Shown piece after piece: positions 41,768 to 52,034 of a stretch of 64,000 nucleotides of DNA. The notes below the pieces were generated by a model. It saw nothing but the letters and a program-made list of their open reading frames with translations, was not told the DNA's origin and did not search any database. This stretch comes from Candidatus Multivoradales bacterium. GTDB lineage: Bacteria > Acidobacteriota > Thermoanaerobaculia > Multivoradales > J023. Each line of letters begins with the position of its first letter. Position 1 is the first letter of the stretch. Made by a program: the position numbers and the translations under genes. The stretch is from assembly GCA_965248925.1 (NCBI GenBank), contig CBDFLE010000005.1:1984001-2048000 (forward strand), in the 5' to 3' direction.

Positions 41768-43654
41768 TCAGCCGACTAACTCTTCGAGTTCGGTCCAACG
41801 CTCGAAGGCTACTTCGAGCTCGCTCTCGACCTGCGCCAAGCGGTCGCGGGCGGTACCGGCCGCGGCGCCATCACCGGTGCGGTAGAGCTGTGGATCGGCC
41901 AGTTTGGCGTGCAATTCGCCTCGTTCGGTTTCGAGCGTGTCGATACGGGCCGGCAAGGCCGCGAGTTCTTGTTTCTGCCGATAGCTGAGCTTCTTCGGTC
42001 GCTCTTTTTTGGCCGCCGCGGGGAGCTTGCGAGCCGTCTTCTTCTTCGCCGATGACGACTCGGGTTGGGCGCGTTGCTCCAACCAATCGCTGTAGCCACC
42101 GGCGTACTCACCCACTCGACCGTCGCCTTCCATCACCAGCGTGGTGGTGGCAACGTTGTCGAGAAAAGCGCGGTCGTGGCTGACCAGCAGCAGGGTGCCG
42201 TCGAGTTCCACCAGCAATGCTTCGAGCAGCTCCAGCGTCTCGACATCGAGATCGTTGGTGGGCTCGTCCATCACCAACAGATTGAAAGGGCGGGTGAAGA
42301 GTCGCGCCAGCAGCAGTCGGTTGCGCTCGCCCCCCGACAGAGAACTCACCGGACTGCGGGTTTGGGCGGGAGGAAAGAGAAAGCTCTGCAAGTAGCTGAT
42401 CACGTGCCGCGGCTGGCCACCGACCACAACTTTGTCATTGCCGTCGGCAACGTTGTCGGCCACCGACTTGCTGTCGTCGAGCTGCTCGCGCAACTGATCG
42501 AAGTAGGCCACTTGTAAGCGCGTGCCGTGATGAACCCGCCCCTCTTTGGGCTGCAGATCGCCGAGCAGCAGCTTGAGCAAGGTGGTCTTGCCCGAGCCGT
42601 TGGGCCCCAGGATGCCGACCTTGTCACCGCGCAGGATAGTGGTCGTGAGGTCCCGCACCAGCGGCGAGCCGTCATAGCCGAAAGTGAGCCTGTCGGTCTC
42701 GAGGACAATCTTGCCCGAGCGCCGTGCGTCTTCGACCCGCAAACGTGCCTGACCGCCCTGCTGGCGCCGCTGACGGCGTTCTTCGCGCAGCTTCTCGAGC
42801 GCCCGCACTCGTCCTTCGTTGCGGGTCCGCCGAGCTTTGATGCCCTGGCGGATCCAAACTTCTTCTTGCGCCAGGCGCTTGTCGAACTTCGCCGACTGAT
42901 CGGCCTCGACCTCGAGTTGATGGCGGCGGCGCTCCAGGTAGCGTCCCCAGGCCCCAGGCCAGTCGCTGAGTTGGCCGCGGTCGAGTTCAAAAATGCGGTT
43001 GGCGACTTGCTGCAAAAAAGCGCGGTCGTGAGTGACGAAGATCAGCCCGCCGGCGAAGTCCAGCAGCAGCTCTTCGAGCCACTCGATGGCCGGGATGTCG
43101 AAGTGGTTGGTGGGCTCGTCGAGTAGCAGCAGGTCGGGCTCGGCGACCAGGGCACGGGCCAGCAACACGCGCCGCTTGAGCCCTCCCGACAGGGTCTCGA
43201 AGCGGGTCTCCTCGGGCAGCCGCAAGCGCGACATCACAGTCTCCACCCGGCGCTCGTGATGCCAAGCGCCAGCCGCCTCGATGCGCTCCTGCACTTTCTC
43301 CAGGCGAGCCAGATCGATCTCCCCGTCAGCGGCGTGGCTCAGCCGGTGATACTCGATCAGCAATGCCCCATGCCCGGCGACACCAGAGGACACCACGTCG
43401 AAGATCTCACCCTCGATATGACGCGGCACCTCCTGCGCCAAACGCCGCACCGTGCTGCCCGGCGCCAGGGAGACCTCGCCGTCGTCGGCCGGTAGATCGC
43501 CGGCCAGCAGTTTCAGCAAGGTCGACTTGCCGCAGCCATTGCGGCCCACCAAGGCCACCCTCTCGCCAGCCTCGACCTGAAAGCCGATGCCATCGAGCAG
43601 CGGCGCATCGCCACCAAAGGTCAAGCTGAGATCGCGGACGCCAATCAGCGCCAT
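41768..43654 (-). CDS. uup: ABC-F family ATPase Uup
   Basis: Two ABC domains; linker 'QEEVWIRQGIKARRTRNEGRVRAL'; C-terminal coiled coil. Confidence 0.92.
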   Translation of the reverse strand: MALIGVRDLSLTFGGDAPLLDGIGFQVEAGERVALVGRNGCGKSTLLKLLAGDLPADDGEVSLAPGSTVRRLAQEVPRHIEGEIFDVVSSGVAGHGALLIEYHRLSHAADGEIDLARLEKVQERIEAAGAWHHERRVETVMSRLRLPEETRFETLSGGLKRRVLLARALVAEPDLLLLDEPTNHFDIPAIEWLEELLLDFAGGLIFVTHDRAFLQQVANRIFELDRGQLSDWPGAWGRYLERRRHQLEVEADQSAKFDKRLAQEEVWIRQGIKARRTRNEGRVRALEKLREERRQRRQQGGQARLRVEDARRSGKIVLETDRLTFGYDGSPLVRDLTTTILRGDKVGILGPNGSGKTTLLKLLLGDLQPKEGRVHHGTRLQVAYFDQLREQLDDSKSVADNVADGNDKVVVGGQPRHVISYLQSFLFPPAQTRSPVSSLSGGERNRLLLARLFTRPFNLLVMDEPTNDLDVETLELLEALLVELDGTLLLVSHDRAFLDNVATTTLVMEGDGRVGEYAGGYSDWLEQRAQPESSSAKKKTARKLPAAAKKERPKKLSYRQKQELAALPARIDTLETERGELHAKLADPQLYRTGDGAAAGTARDRLAQVESELEVAFERWTELEELVG

Positions 43655-43867
43655 GGGGCTAGGCTCCGATGACCCGAACCAATACCGGGATCGGTCAGCG
43701 GTGAGATCAACAGGCTGACGGACCGCAGGATGAGCAACAGAGTCTTTTTCATGAGCTACTCTTGAGTTTCGAAATTCGGCGCCTAGAATAACTCGCCGAG
43801 CACCCATAGCTCGAAGAGCTTCAGACCTGGGAAGGAAGAGCACGCGGAGGGATCAACGGTCACGACC

Positions 43868-44086
43868 ATGAGAATATACACCTACACCCAAGCCCGAGAA
43901 CGCCTTGCGGCCGTCTTGGAAGAGGCAAAGCGGGACGAAGTGATCATCAGACGCCGTAATGGCGATCAGTTCAGAGTCGCCCTGCGAGAGCCGAGCAGCT
44001 CTCCTTTTGACGTTCCTCCAGTCCGCACTCGGGTGACCACGCGAGACATCCTCGAAGCGCTGCGCGACTCGCGCGAGCGGCACTAG
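43868..44086 (+). CDS. Phd/YefM-type antitoxin
   Basis: 'YTYTQARERLAAVLEEA...VIIRRRNG' matches the Phd N-terminal pattern. Confidence 0.75.
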   Translation: MRIYTYTQARERLAAVLEEAKRDEVIIRRRNGDQFRVALREPSSSPFDVPPVRTRVTTRDILEALRDSRERH

Positions 44087-44341
44087 CCAGATCGACCACG
44101 TTACCCCGAGCACCGAACTTGCCCAAGCAAGCCGTCGGGCGGCAATTGCGGTGCAAGAAGATTTTGCTAGCTGCAAAACCGTGCCGCGCTTGCAGCGCCT
44201 GCGCAGCGTGCTCCCCCGAGCCGCGACTCCTGACCAAGGAATCTGTCTTCGGCAAAGAATTCGCGAAGGATCTGCCTTGTTGGTGTCTCATCTATTTGCG
44301 TAGAGTTGTATCCGCAGGCCAAGCACACCAAAGTGAACAGC

Positions 44342-45364
44342 ATGAAACACCACCCAACACCTCACAGCATCATCTTCCCCTTGCTGCTGATCGCCGCTGC
44401 ACTACCCGCGGCCCTCGCCGCCGAGACAGTGAAGAACAGCCGCAGCAAGATGGGGTCGCGCTTCGACATCACCGTGGTGGCCACCGACCCAGCAGCGGCT
44501 GAGCGCGCTATCGCCGCTGCCTGGGCTGAGATCGACCGCATCGAAGCGCTGATCTCAAGCTGGCGCGAGGATTCAGAAACCAGTGCCGTCAACCGCGCCG
44601 CCGGCCAGCAGCCGGTGGCGGTCTCGGACGAACTCTTCGGCCTGGTACGACGGGCACTCAAAATCTCTGAACTCAGCGACGGCGCTTTCGACATCACCTT
44701 CGCCTCTCTCGGCCGGCTGTGGGATTTCCGTGCCGAGCAGCCGGTGTTGCCGGACCCCGCCGAGCTTGAGCGGCGGCTGGCAGATGTCGATTGGCGACAG
44801 GTCGAGCTCGACCCGGCGGCCAAGACGATCCGCCTCGGCCGCGCCGGTAGCCGGATTGGGTTCGGCGCCATCGGCAAGGGCTATGCCGCCAACCGCGCGG
44901 TGTTTATTTTGCGCGAACAAGGCATTCGCCATGGCGTGGTTTCGGCCGGCGGTGATTTGGTGGCCTTTGGCAAGCGTGAGAATGGACGGCCCTGGTCGAT
45001 CGGCATCTCCGATCCACGCCAACCCGACAAGGTGTTCGCCTCGCTCGATCTCAGCGACACCGCGGTGGTGACCTCGGGCGACTACGAGAGTTTCATCGAG
45101 ATCGACGGCAAGCGCTATGCGCACATTCTCGACCCCCGCACTGGCTGGCCGGTGGAGCATCTGCGCAGCGTCACCGTGGTCTGCCCCGATGCCGAACTGG
45201 CCGATGCCCTGGCCACTACTGTCTTTGTGCTCGGACCTGACAAGGGTCTGGCGCTGATCGATCGGCTGCGCGGCATCGAGGGGATGCTGGTGACACCGAG
45301 CGGCGAGATTCTGACGTCCTCTGGCTTCGATTCGAAACGGCTGACTATGGAGAGTTCACATTGA
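44342..45364 (+). CDS. apbE: FAD:protein FMN transferase ApbE
   Basis: 'MGS', 'GAFDIT', 'GAIGKGY', 'GGD', 'TSGDYE', 'HILDPRTG', 'ADALAT'. Confidence 0.93.
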   Translation: MKHHPTPHSIIFPLLLIAAALPAALAAETVKNSRSKMGSRFDITVVATDPAAAERAIAAAWAEIDRIEALISSWREDSETSAVNRAAGQQPVAVSDELFGLVRRALKISELSDGAFDITFASLGRLWDFRAEQPVLPDPAELERRLADVDWRQVELDPAAKTIRLGRAGSRIGFGAIGKGYAANRAVFILREQGIRHGVVSAGGDLVAFGKRENGRPWSIGISDPRQPDKVFASLDLSDTAVVTSGDYESFIEIDGKRYAHILDPRTGWPVEHLRSVTVVCPDAELADALATTVFVLGPDKGLALIDRLRGIEGMLVTPSGEILTSSGFDSKRLTMESSH

Positions 45365-45603
45365 AGATCCTGCAAAAGCTTCTCACCCGACCGCCGATGG
45401 CCCTTTCGCTGCTCGGCCTGGCCGCTTTGGCCGCTGGCGGCTGCGCCACTGTCCAACCTTGGGAGCGTGATCTGCACGCTCTCGAGCCGATGCAACTTGA
45501 GGTCTGCGCCACCGCTGGCTTCGAGCGCAATTTCGAGGTCTACCGCGAGGGCGCCGTCGGTGCCAATGGCGGCAAGTCGGGAGGTGGCTGCGGATGCTCC
45601 TGA
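45361..45603 (+). CDS. DUF4266-family small lipoprotein
   Basis: Lipobox 'AGGC', 'VQPWER', 'YREG', terminal 'GGGCGCS'. Confidence 0.82.
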   Translation: MKILQKLLTRPPMALSLLGLAALAAGGCATVQPWERDLHALEPMQLEVCATAGFERNFEVYREGAVGANGGKSGGGCGCS

Positions 45604-46802
45604 CAAGGTCAACCCGATACTGGCCGACGGCGGCCACCCTCGCTGGCTTGCTGCTGGCCAGCGCGGCACTGGCTCAAGGTGGATCCGGCAACACCGCTGA
45701 CTTGGAAATCGACACTGGAGAAAAATTCGACATCGATTTCCTGCTCAACTACTACGATCAGGACGGCGAACGCTCGCCGGTGACTGGCGGTCTCGGCACC
45801 GAGGATCAGCAGGTGATCGCACCGGTGATTCGAGTGCGGTGGCAGAAGAGTGATAAATGGTCGCTCAACACCACCTTCGGCATAGACCAGATCACCTCGG
45901 CATCGACCGACAACATCGACGACGAGGTGTCGAGCGCCTCGCGACTCGACACTCGCGCCCATGCCGTCGTCGGCCTGACTCGCACGGTCGGCGGCCAGAG
46001 CATCGGCTTCGATGTCGGCTTCTCCAAGGAGTATGACTACAAGTCGGTCTCCGCCGGCCTGAGTTGGAGCCGCGAGTTCAACCAGCGCAACACCGCACTC
46101 TTCGCCAGCCTGCGCCACTACTCCGACGATGTCGACATCTACCCCATCGATGGCACTCCCAACAATGACGGGCCGGGGAGCGAGCAATTGCTGGGCACCG
46201 AGGGCCGCGACACCACGGATTTCTCCTTCGGCATCACTCAGGTCTTGGGGCGCAAGACCCTCGGCACCCTGGAACTGTCGCATTCGAGCCAGAGCGGCTT
46301 CCTCTCAACGTCGTTCCACGAGGTGATCTTGCAAGACGGCACGCGGGTGGCCGAGCGCTTGCCCGACAGCCGCTCGCGCAGCGCCATTGGCCTGCGCCTC
46401 AACCACAGCTTCAGCCGGCGCATGGTGCTGCGCACCTACTACCGTTACTACGACGACGATTGGGGGGTCAGCGCCCACACTTTGGAGATCGAGCCCCACT
46501 TCAAGATCGGCCAGAAGCGCGACACCTGGTGGTTCCCGATTCTGCGTTTCCACACCCAAGACGGTAGCGACTTCTTCGCTGAACCCTTCACCTTCACCGC
46601 GGCGGACAGGTTTTTCACCGCCGATGGCGACATCAGCGAATTCGACAGTCATAAGTTCGGCATCGGCTTGCGCACCTCCCTCAACGGCGCACCTGGTTGG
46701 TTGGGCCCGTTGCGCCGCCTGGAAACCCGAGTGACTTTCTATGATCGCGACGATGGCTTGGAGGCGTTCTCGGTCTCATACGGCCTGGGCTGGAGCTTCT
46801 GA
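45594..46802 (+). CDS. DUF3570-family outer-membrane beta-barrel
   Basis: 'SKEYDY', 'ERLPDSRSR', 'YRYYDDDWGV'; terminal aromatic 'WSF'; context with apbE and DUF4266. Confidence 0.8.
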   Translation: MLLTRSTRYWPTAATLAGLLLASAALAQGGSGNTADLEIDTGEKFDIDFLLNYYDQDGERSPVTGGLGTEDQQVIAPVIRVRWQKSDKWSLNTTFGIDQITSASTDNIDDEVSSASRLDTRAHAVVGLTRTVGGQSIGFDVGFSKEYDYKSVSAGLSWSREFNQRNTALFASLRHYSDDVDIYPIDGTPNNDGPGSEQLLGTEGRDTTDFSFGITQVLGRKTLGTLELSHSSQSGFLSTSFHEVILQDGTRVAERLPDSRSRSAIGLRLNHSFSRRMVLRTYYRYYDDDWGVSAHTLEIEPHFKIGQKRDTWWFPILRFHTQDGSDFFAEPFTFTAADRFFTADGDISEFDSHKFGIGLRTSLNGAPGWLGPLRRLETRVTFYDRDDGLEAFSVSYGLGWSF

Positions 46803-46803
46803 A

Positions 46804-47559
46804 ATGGGGCGCCCACTCCGGTTGCTGACAGCGCTCCTCGGGCTGGCGCTCCTCGCCGGCCCGGTGGCCGCCGCCGAACTCGATCAACACGGTAAGGCCC
46901 ATCCCCTCGATGGCTCTAGCGGCCGCTACACAGTGGTCGACTTCGCCGCTTCCTGGTGCCAGCCCTGCATCCGCTCGCTGCCCGAGCTTGAGCTGCTGGC
47001 CGCCAGCTACCCGCAGTTTGACTTCGTGGTCATCAGCGTCGACGACCTGGTCGCTGGGCGCGACCGGCTGGTCGAGCAACTCGGCCTCACCCTGCCGGTG
47101 CTGTGGGATCAGGACTACCGCTTGGCCGAACGCTTCAAGCCCAAGGCCATGCCAGCGACTCTCATCGTCGACCCGGCAGGCGAGGTGATCTACCGCCACA
47201 CCGGCTACAACACCAAGGTCTGGCGGGAGCTTATCGACCAGCTAGGCACCCTCGCCCCCATTTCTGGAGGCGGCGAATCGGCGCGACAAGCAATCGCCCC
47301 CCCCTTGATCGTCGGTCGTCGCGCTATCATGGTCTCACCCGCCAGTTACCGACCACGGCTGCAACATCGCGGCCTACCTGGTGCAACGGATGAGAAGACG
47401 ACCGAAACAACTGCTCGCTGGGAACCGGATCAGCCGGGTTGCCCTGCTGGTCTTGCTGTCGCTGCTGTCGCCACACGCTCTCCTGGCAAAACCGTCAGCG
47501 ACCGCAGCGCCGCTCGCCGGCCGGTCACTGGCCGAGGCCCTGGAGCTGCTGCGCGCTGA
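46804..47559 (+). CDS. TlpA-like thioredoxin with anomalous C-terminal extension
   Basis: 'VDFAASWCQPC', 'ISVD', 'MPATLIVD'; the fold ends near 47260. Confidence 0.8.
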   Translation: MGRPLRLLTALLGLALLAGPVAAAELDQHGKAHPLDGSSGRYTVVDFAASWCQPCIRSLPELELLAASYPQFDFVVISVDDLVAGRDRLVEQLGLTLPVLWDQDYRLAERFKPKAMPATLIVDPAGEVIYRHTGYNTKVWRELIDQLGTLAPISGGGESARQAIAPPLIVGRRAIMVSPASYRPRLQHRGLPGATDEKTTETTARWEPDQPGCPAGLAVAAVATRSPGKTVSDRSAARRPVTGRGPGAAAR

Positions 47560-49957
47560 AGGTCTCGAACTGTTCTTCAGCAGCCGGCTGGTGGGCGCCG
47601 AACTGCAAGTCGCGTTTGAGCCCGACGCCAAAACCCCGCGCCAGCGACTCGAGCAACTATTGAGCCCCCACGGCCTGCGGGTCGAAAACGGGCCAGGAAA
47701 TCGCCTACTAGTAGTCACCGCACCGCCGAGGCTGGTTGGTCAAGTAGTGGGCCAAGGAAGCGGCGAGCCGCTGGCCGGAGTGCGGGTCGTGCTACCCGAG
47801 ATCGGCCGCGAAGCCCGCACCAACCGAGCCGGTGAGTTTCAACTCGCCGATTTGGCCGCTAACAGCTACCGGGTCGAAGTCCACCTGCCTGGCTTCGTCA
47901 TCGGCCAGCTCTCCGCGGTCGAGGTGGCACCAGGCCAGGCCACCCGCATCGACTTGCGGCTCGTCGCCGTGCCCCGGTCAGCGAGTGAAATCGTAGTGAT
48001 GCCGAGCATCCACCCCCCGAGTCAGCCACCACTGCGTCGACATCTCGCTCTACAGCGCAGTGATCTCGACTGGGCGCCTCGTTTTGGCGACGATCCTTTA
48101 CGCGCCGCCAGCAGCCTGCCGAGCACCCTCAACACCGAAGCTTCGGCCGCCTTTGGCGTGCGCGGCGGCCGCAACGACGAAATCCTGGTCCAGCTCGATG
48201 GCCTCGAACTGCTGGTGCCGTACCACCTACAGGACTTCGACAGCGCGATCAGCCTGCTAGCGCCGCAGACCCTCGACTCGGTGCAACTGATGCCCAGTAG
48301 CTACTCGGTGGAATACGGCGACCGCATGGGCGGAGTCCTCGATCTCACCACTTTGAGCCCGGCAAGCTCGATCGAGCGCCGTCTGGGCGTCACCCAGAGC
48401 GAGTTCTCGTTCAGTGCTGCCGGCGCTCTAGCGGAGCAGCGTTTGCGCTGGCTGACCGCTGCCCGCGCCGGCTCGCACCACGATGCGTTGGAGCGCAACG
48501 GCCGCGAAGGCGATCCAAGCTATTGGGACGTGATGGCCAAGGTCGAGTTTTCGCTCGGTGGACGACAAGGGCTGCGATTCAACAGCCTGGTGGCCGATGA
48601 TCGATTCGAGTTTCAACAGACCACCGAGTCCGATGACAATGCCGAGCAGTTCAAGACCCACTGGCAAAATCGCTACTTCTGGCTCACCCACAGTGCCTTG
48701 CTACGGCCGAATTTATCCCTGGAAACGGTGCTGTCCACCGGTCGGGTATCGCACAATCGTAGCGGCCAGGCCGAGGACGAGACCACATTCGACCTGCGCG
48801 ACGACCGCGACCTGGCGTTGGCCGGGCTCAAACAACGCTGGCAGCTCGCCCTCGGCGACCGACACCGCTGGCAAGCCGGCTTCGAGCTGCGGCGCCTGCG
48901 GGCCAACTACAACTACTCTAACAATCGACGCCTGGACAGCCCGTTGGCCGCATTACGCAGCCGCAGCGAGGATGGCAACACGAGTCTTAGCCGTGAGTTT
49001 CCCGGTGATCTTGGCGCCATCTTCGTCGCCGATCAGCTCGAGTTCGGCAGCCTGGAGCTCGAATTTGGTTTGCGCGCCGACCGCAGTCGCCTGACCGATG
49101 ATCGCCAGATCAGCCCGCGCCTGGCCCTCGCTTGGCAGAGTTCCGAGCGCACCGTGTGGCGAGCCTCCTGGGGCATCTTCCATCAGAGTCAACGCTCCTA
49201 CGAGTTGCAGGTCGGCGATGGCGAAAGCGCTTTCGGTCCCGCTGAGCGCGCCGAGCATCGAGGTCTCGGCTTCGAGCATCGCTGGCCCGCCGGAACTCGG
49301 CTTGCGTTCGAACTCTACGACCGCCGCTTCAGCCGCCCCCGGCCACGTTGGGAGAACCTCTTCAGTCCCCTGGAGATATTCCCCGAACTGGCGGTAGACC
49401 GCATCCGCGTGGCCCCAGACAGTGGCTACGCCAGCGGCGTCGAGCTGGGTCTGCAAGGCGCTCCAGGTCACCGCCTGAGCTGGGAGCTGGCCTATGCCTA
49501 CAGCGTCGCCCGCGATCACCTCGATGGCCGCGAGGTGCCCCGCGCCAATGATCAACCACATTCTCTGAGAGCCAATCTTGGCTGGCGCCTGGGCAGCGCC
49601 TGGCAGTTGCGGCTGGCCTGGCAGTATCACACTGGCTGGCCCACCACCGCGCTCTCCGCCAGCCTCGAGACCGCGGCCGACGGTAGCCAGAGCCAGCAAC
49701 CAGTGTTGGGGCCGCTGCGGGCAGAACGGCTGCCCGCCTATCACCGCCTGGACCTGCGCCTGAGCCGCGAACTCACCCTGCCCTATGGTCGCCTGGCAGC
49801 CTACGTCGACTTGCACAACGCCTACAGCCGACCCAATGTCCGCGGTTTCGACGATTTAGAGTTTGGCAGCGATTCAACCGGTCAACCGCTGATCGAGTCC
49901 ACCACTGTCACTTGGGGCGGCTTGCTGCCGACCGTGGGACTGAGCTGGACTTTCTGA
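47390..49957 (+). CDS. TonB-dependent receptor with N-terminal STN-like and carboxypeptidase-regulatory-like domains
   Basis: Plug 'VRGG...LDG...YGDRMGGVLDL'; barrel 'SPRL', 'YHRLDLR'; terminal 'WTF'. Confidence 0.88.
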   Translation: MRRRPKQLLAGNRISRVALLVLLSLLSPHALLAKPSATAAPLAGRSLAEALELLRAEGLELFFSSRLVGAELQVAFEPDAKTPRQRLEQLLSPHGLRVENGPGNRLLVVTAPPRLVGQVVGQGSGEPLAGVRVVLPEIGREARTNRAGEFQLADLAANSYRVEVHLPGFVIGQLSAVEVAPGQATRIDLRLVAVPRSASEIVVMPSIHPPSQPPLRRHLALQRSDLDWAPRFGDDPLRAASSLPSTLNTEASAAFGVRGGRNDEILVQLDGLELLVPYHLQDFDSAISLLAPQTLDSVQLMPSSYSVEYGDRMGGVLDLTTLSPASSIERRLGVTQSEFSFSAAGALAEQRLRWLTAARAGSHHDALERNGREGDPSYWDVMAKVEFSLGGRQGLRFNSLVADDRFEFQQTTESDDNAEQFKTHWQNRYFWLTHSALLRPNLSLETVLSTGRVSHNRSGQAEDETTFDLRDDRDLALAGLKQRWQLALGDRHRWQAGFELRRLRANYNYSNNRRLDSPLAALRSRSEDGNTSLSREFPGDLGAIFVADQLEFGSLELEFGLRADRSRLTDDRQISPRLALAWQSSERTVWRASWGIFHQSQRSYELQVGDGESAFGPAERAEHRGLGFEHRWPAGTRLAFELYDRRFSRPRPRWENLFSPLEIFPELAVDRIRVAPDSGYASGVELGLQGAPGHRLSWELAYAYSVARDHLDGREVPRANDQPHSLRANLGWRLGSAWQLRLAWQYHTGWPTTALSASLETAADGSQSQQPVLGPLRAERLPAYHRLDLRLSRELTLPYGRLAAYVDLHNAYSRPNVRGFDDLEFGSDSTGQPLIESTTVTWGGLLPTVGLSWTF

Positions 49958-49970
49958 GCCGGCGCAGGCC

Positions 49971-51950
49971 CTACCAGCGATGTACTACCAAATCGGCGCT
50001 GCTTCCCTCGTCCACCGCTGAATCGAGCAGCAAGCGCAGCGCGGGCCGCGACGCAGGAATGGTGAAGCGGTCGGTGACAAAACTATGCCCCTTGCCTCGC
50101 CGTCGCGTCCACAGCAGGTCGAAGCGTTGATCGCCCACTTGCAGGTCTGGAACCTCCTGCACCTGCCGGGTGGTAGCGTCCGGCAGCCACACCCTCAGTG
50201 AGACCAACTCGCCGGCTGCCAACTCGTCGGACAGCTCGGCTTGCAGGCAGTATTGGCCGCTGCCGCAACGGCTAGCCACCAAGCGCAGCGCTGGGGCCCG
50301 CTCAACCCGCTGATGGGCCAGGGCGATCACCGACGGTCCGCGCAGCTCTAACAACTTGGCGCGGAAGGTACGACGCTGAGCGGCTGGCACCCGGTCGACC
50401 TGCCGCTGGTAGAACGCCGCGCTAGCACCCGCCAGGTTGGCAGCCGGAAACAGCAGGCCATCGCTCAGATCGAGCCGAGTATCATCCAATTCACTAAGCT
50501 GTTCGACCCGGCGCAGTCCAGCCCGACTGCTGGCAAAGGGCTTGGCGCTCTCCCACCTGGTGCGCGGCTGCTGCCAGATCTCTTCGTAAGCGATTCGCCC
50601 CTGCGGCGGTCGCAACATCTTCGCCAGCGCCAGTCGCGCCGCATCGTAAGTGGTCGGCACTATGCTGCGGTAGACGTAGTTGAGGCCAGCCGGGGCCAGC
50701 ACCACCAACGCCAAAGCCACCGCCAGCAATTTTCCCAGCGGACTTCCCAGCGGCGACCAACGGGCCGCCAAGCGGCGCCAAACGGCGACCCCAAACCAGG
50801 CGCCGCAGAGGGCGACCAGGGGCAGCACATGAAGAAAGTTGTTGGGCTTGAAGTAGGCTGTCTGCAAGGCATAGGTGACGACGTAGATCGGCGGCAATAC
50901 TAGCAACATGCCACGTTCGATACGCACCAGCGGAGGCCTACCACGGCGCCAAACGGTCACCCCGAGCAAGACGAAGCCCAGCAACCCCAGAGAGCCGAAA
51001 ACCAAGCCCAGACCGTAGTCGTCGACAATCAATGCGCCCACCTTGCCGGGAATCTCCAGCCGGGTCTGCTCGCTCCAGCCGGCGCGCATGGCGTAGTCGC
51101 GGCGCAAACCCTTGAGCACCGTCACATAGCCGGCCCAATTCGGGTTGGTCAGCACAAAGACCCCCCCGCTGACCACCCCAGCGAGGGCTAGCAAACCGAA
51201 CCTGCGCCTCTCAAAGCGCCACGCCGGCAGCAAGGTGGCCAGGGTCAGGGGCAGGGCGATCAAACCGCCGGTGAGCTTGGCCGACAAGGCAAGGGCGATC
51301 GCCAAGCCGGTACCGACCGCGGCCCGCAATCGCTGCTCCTGGACCACCGCCAGCGAGCCGTAGAAAGCCAACAACACTGCCGTGGTGAGCAGGGCATCGG
51401 GTTTGAAAACCGCCGACGCATGGATATGCCAGGGGCAGAAGGTCATGGCCAGAGTGGCCAACAGACCCACCGCAGGCGAGAACATCCGTCGACCGATCAA
51501 GAAAACCAACAGCAGGCCAACGGTGCCGTAGAGCGACTGCAACCAGCGGCTGATCAAATAGCCAGCGGGCAGGAATGAACCCTCCTGGTGCACCTTGAAC
51601 GCTTCACGACCGGTGTGCTGGTAGATCGCCTCGCTGACCCTCATCAGCAATGCTGGCGGCAGCGAGACCACCGGTGACGGGTAGTAACCGCTAACCACCT
51701 GGAAGCTACCGTCGATCAAGATCGGCCGCACGTTGTCGAGACTGTAACCTTCGTCCCAGAAGCGCCCGGAGTTAGGGGTAGCGCTGGCATACCAAACCCG
51801 CAAGGACAATCCAGCCACCAGCAACAGAGCCAGCAACAGCCACTGACTCCGAACCCAGAAGCCACCGCGGGGCGCCGCGGGGACTGGCTGGTGGTGGGAA
51901 TCTGCGGCCGCGCGGTGCGGCGACTGGTCAGTTCCAGATGGGCTCGGCAT
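49971..51950 (-). CDS. GT-C membrane glycosyltransferase (ArnT/PMT, family 39-like)
   Basis: 'FWDE' after TM1, 'KPD', 'K' motif, multiple TM segments. Confidence 0.78.
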   Translation of the reverse strand: MPSPSGTDQSPHRAAADSHHQPVPAAPRGGFWVRSQWLLLALLLVAGLSLRVWYASATPNSGRFWDEGYSLDNVRPILIDGSFQVVSGYYPSPVVSLPPALLMRVSEAIYQHTGREAFKVHQEGSFLPAGYLISRWLQSLYGTVGLLLVFLIGRRMFSPAVGLLATLAMTFCPWHIHASAVFKPDALLTTAVLLAFYGSLAVVQEQRLRAAVGTGLAIALALSAKLTGGLIALPLTLATLLPAWRFERRRFGLLALAGVVSGGVFVLTNPNWAGYVTVLKGLRRDYAMRAGWSEQTRLEIPGKVGALIVDDYGLGLVFGSLGLLGFVLLGVTVWRRGRPPLVRIERGMLLVLPPIYVVTYALQTAYFKPNNFLHVLPLVALCGAWFGVAVWRRLAARWSPLGSPLGKLLAVALALVVLAPAGLNYVYRSIVPTTYDAARLALAKMLRPPQGRIAYEEIWQQPRTRWESAKPFASSRAGLRRVEQLSELDDTRLDLSDGLLFPAANLAGASAAFYQRQVDRVPAAQRRTFRAKLLELRGPSVIALAHQRVERAPALRLVASRCGSGQYCLQAELSDELAAGELVSLRVWLPDATTRQVQEVPDLQVGDQRFDLLWTRRRGKGHSFVTDRFTIPASRPALRLLLDSAVDEGSSADLVVHRW

Positions 51951-52034
51951 TGGGGCAGACTATACGGCTACCGATAGGGTCCGCCAGCGCTGGTTGACAG
52001 CGCTTCGCTTTGGCCACACGATGGCCTGAGAATC

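Noticed and set aside
44172-44186. Sigma54-like CGGCACGGTTTTGCA on the minus strand
   Set aside because: GG-to-GC spacing is one base short of the strict -24/-12 geometry, and no suitable gene lies downstream
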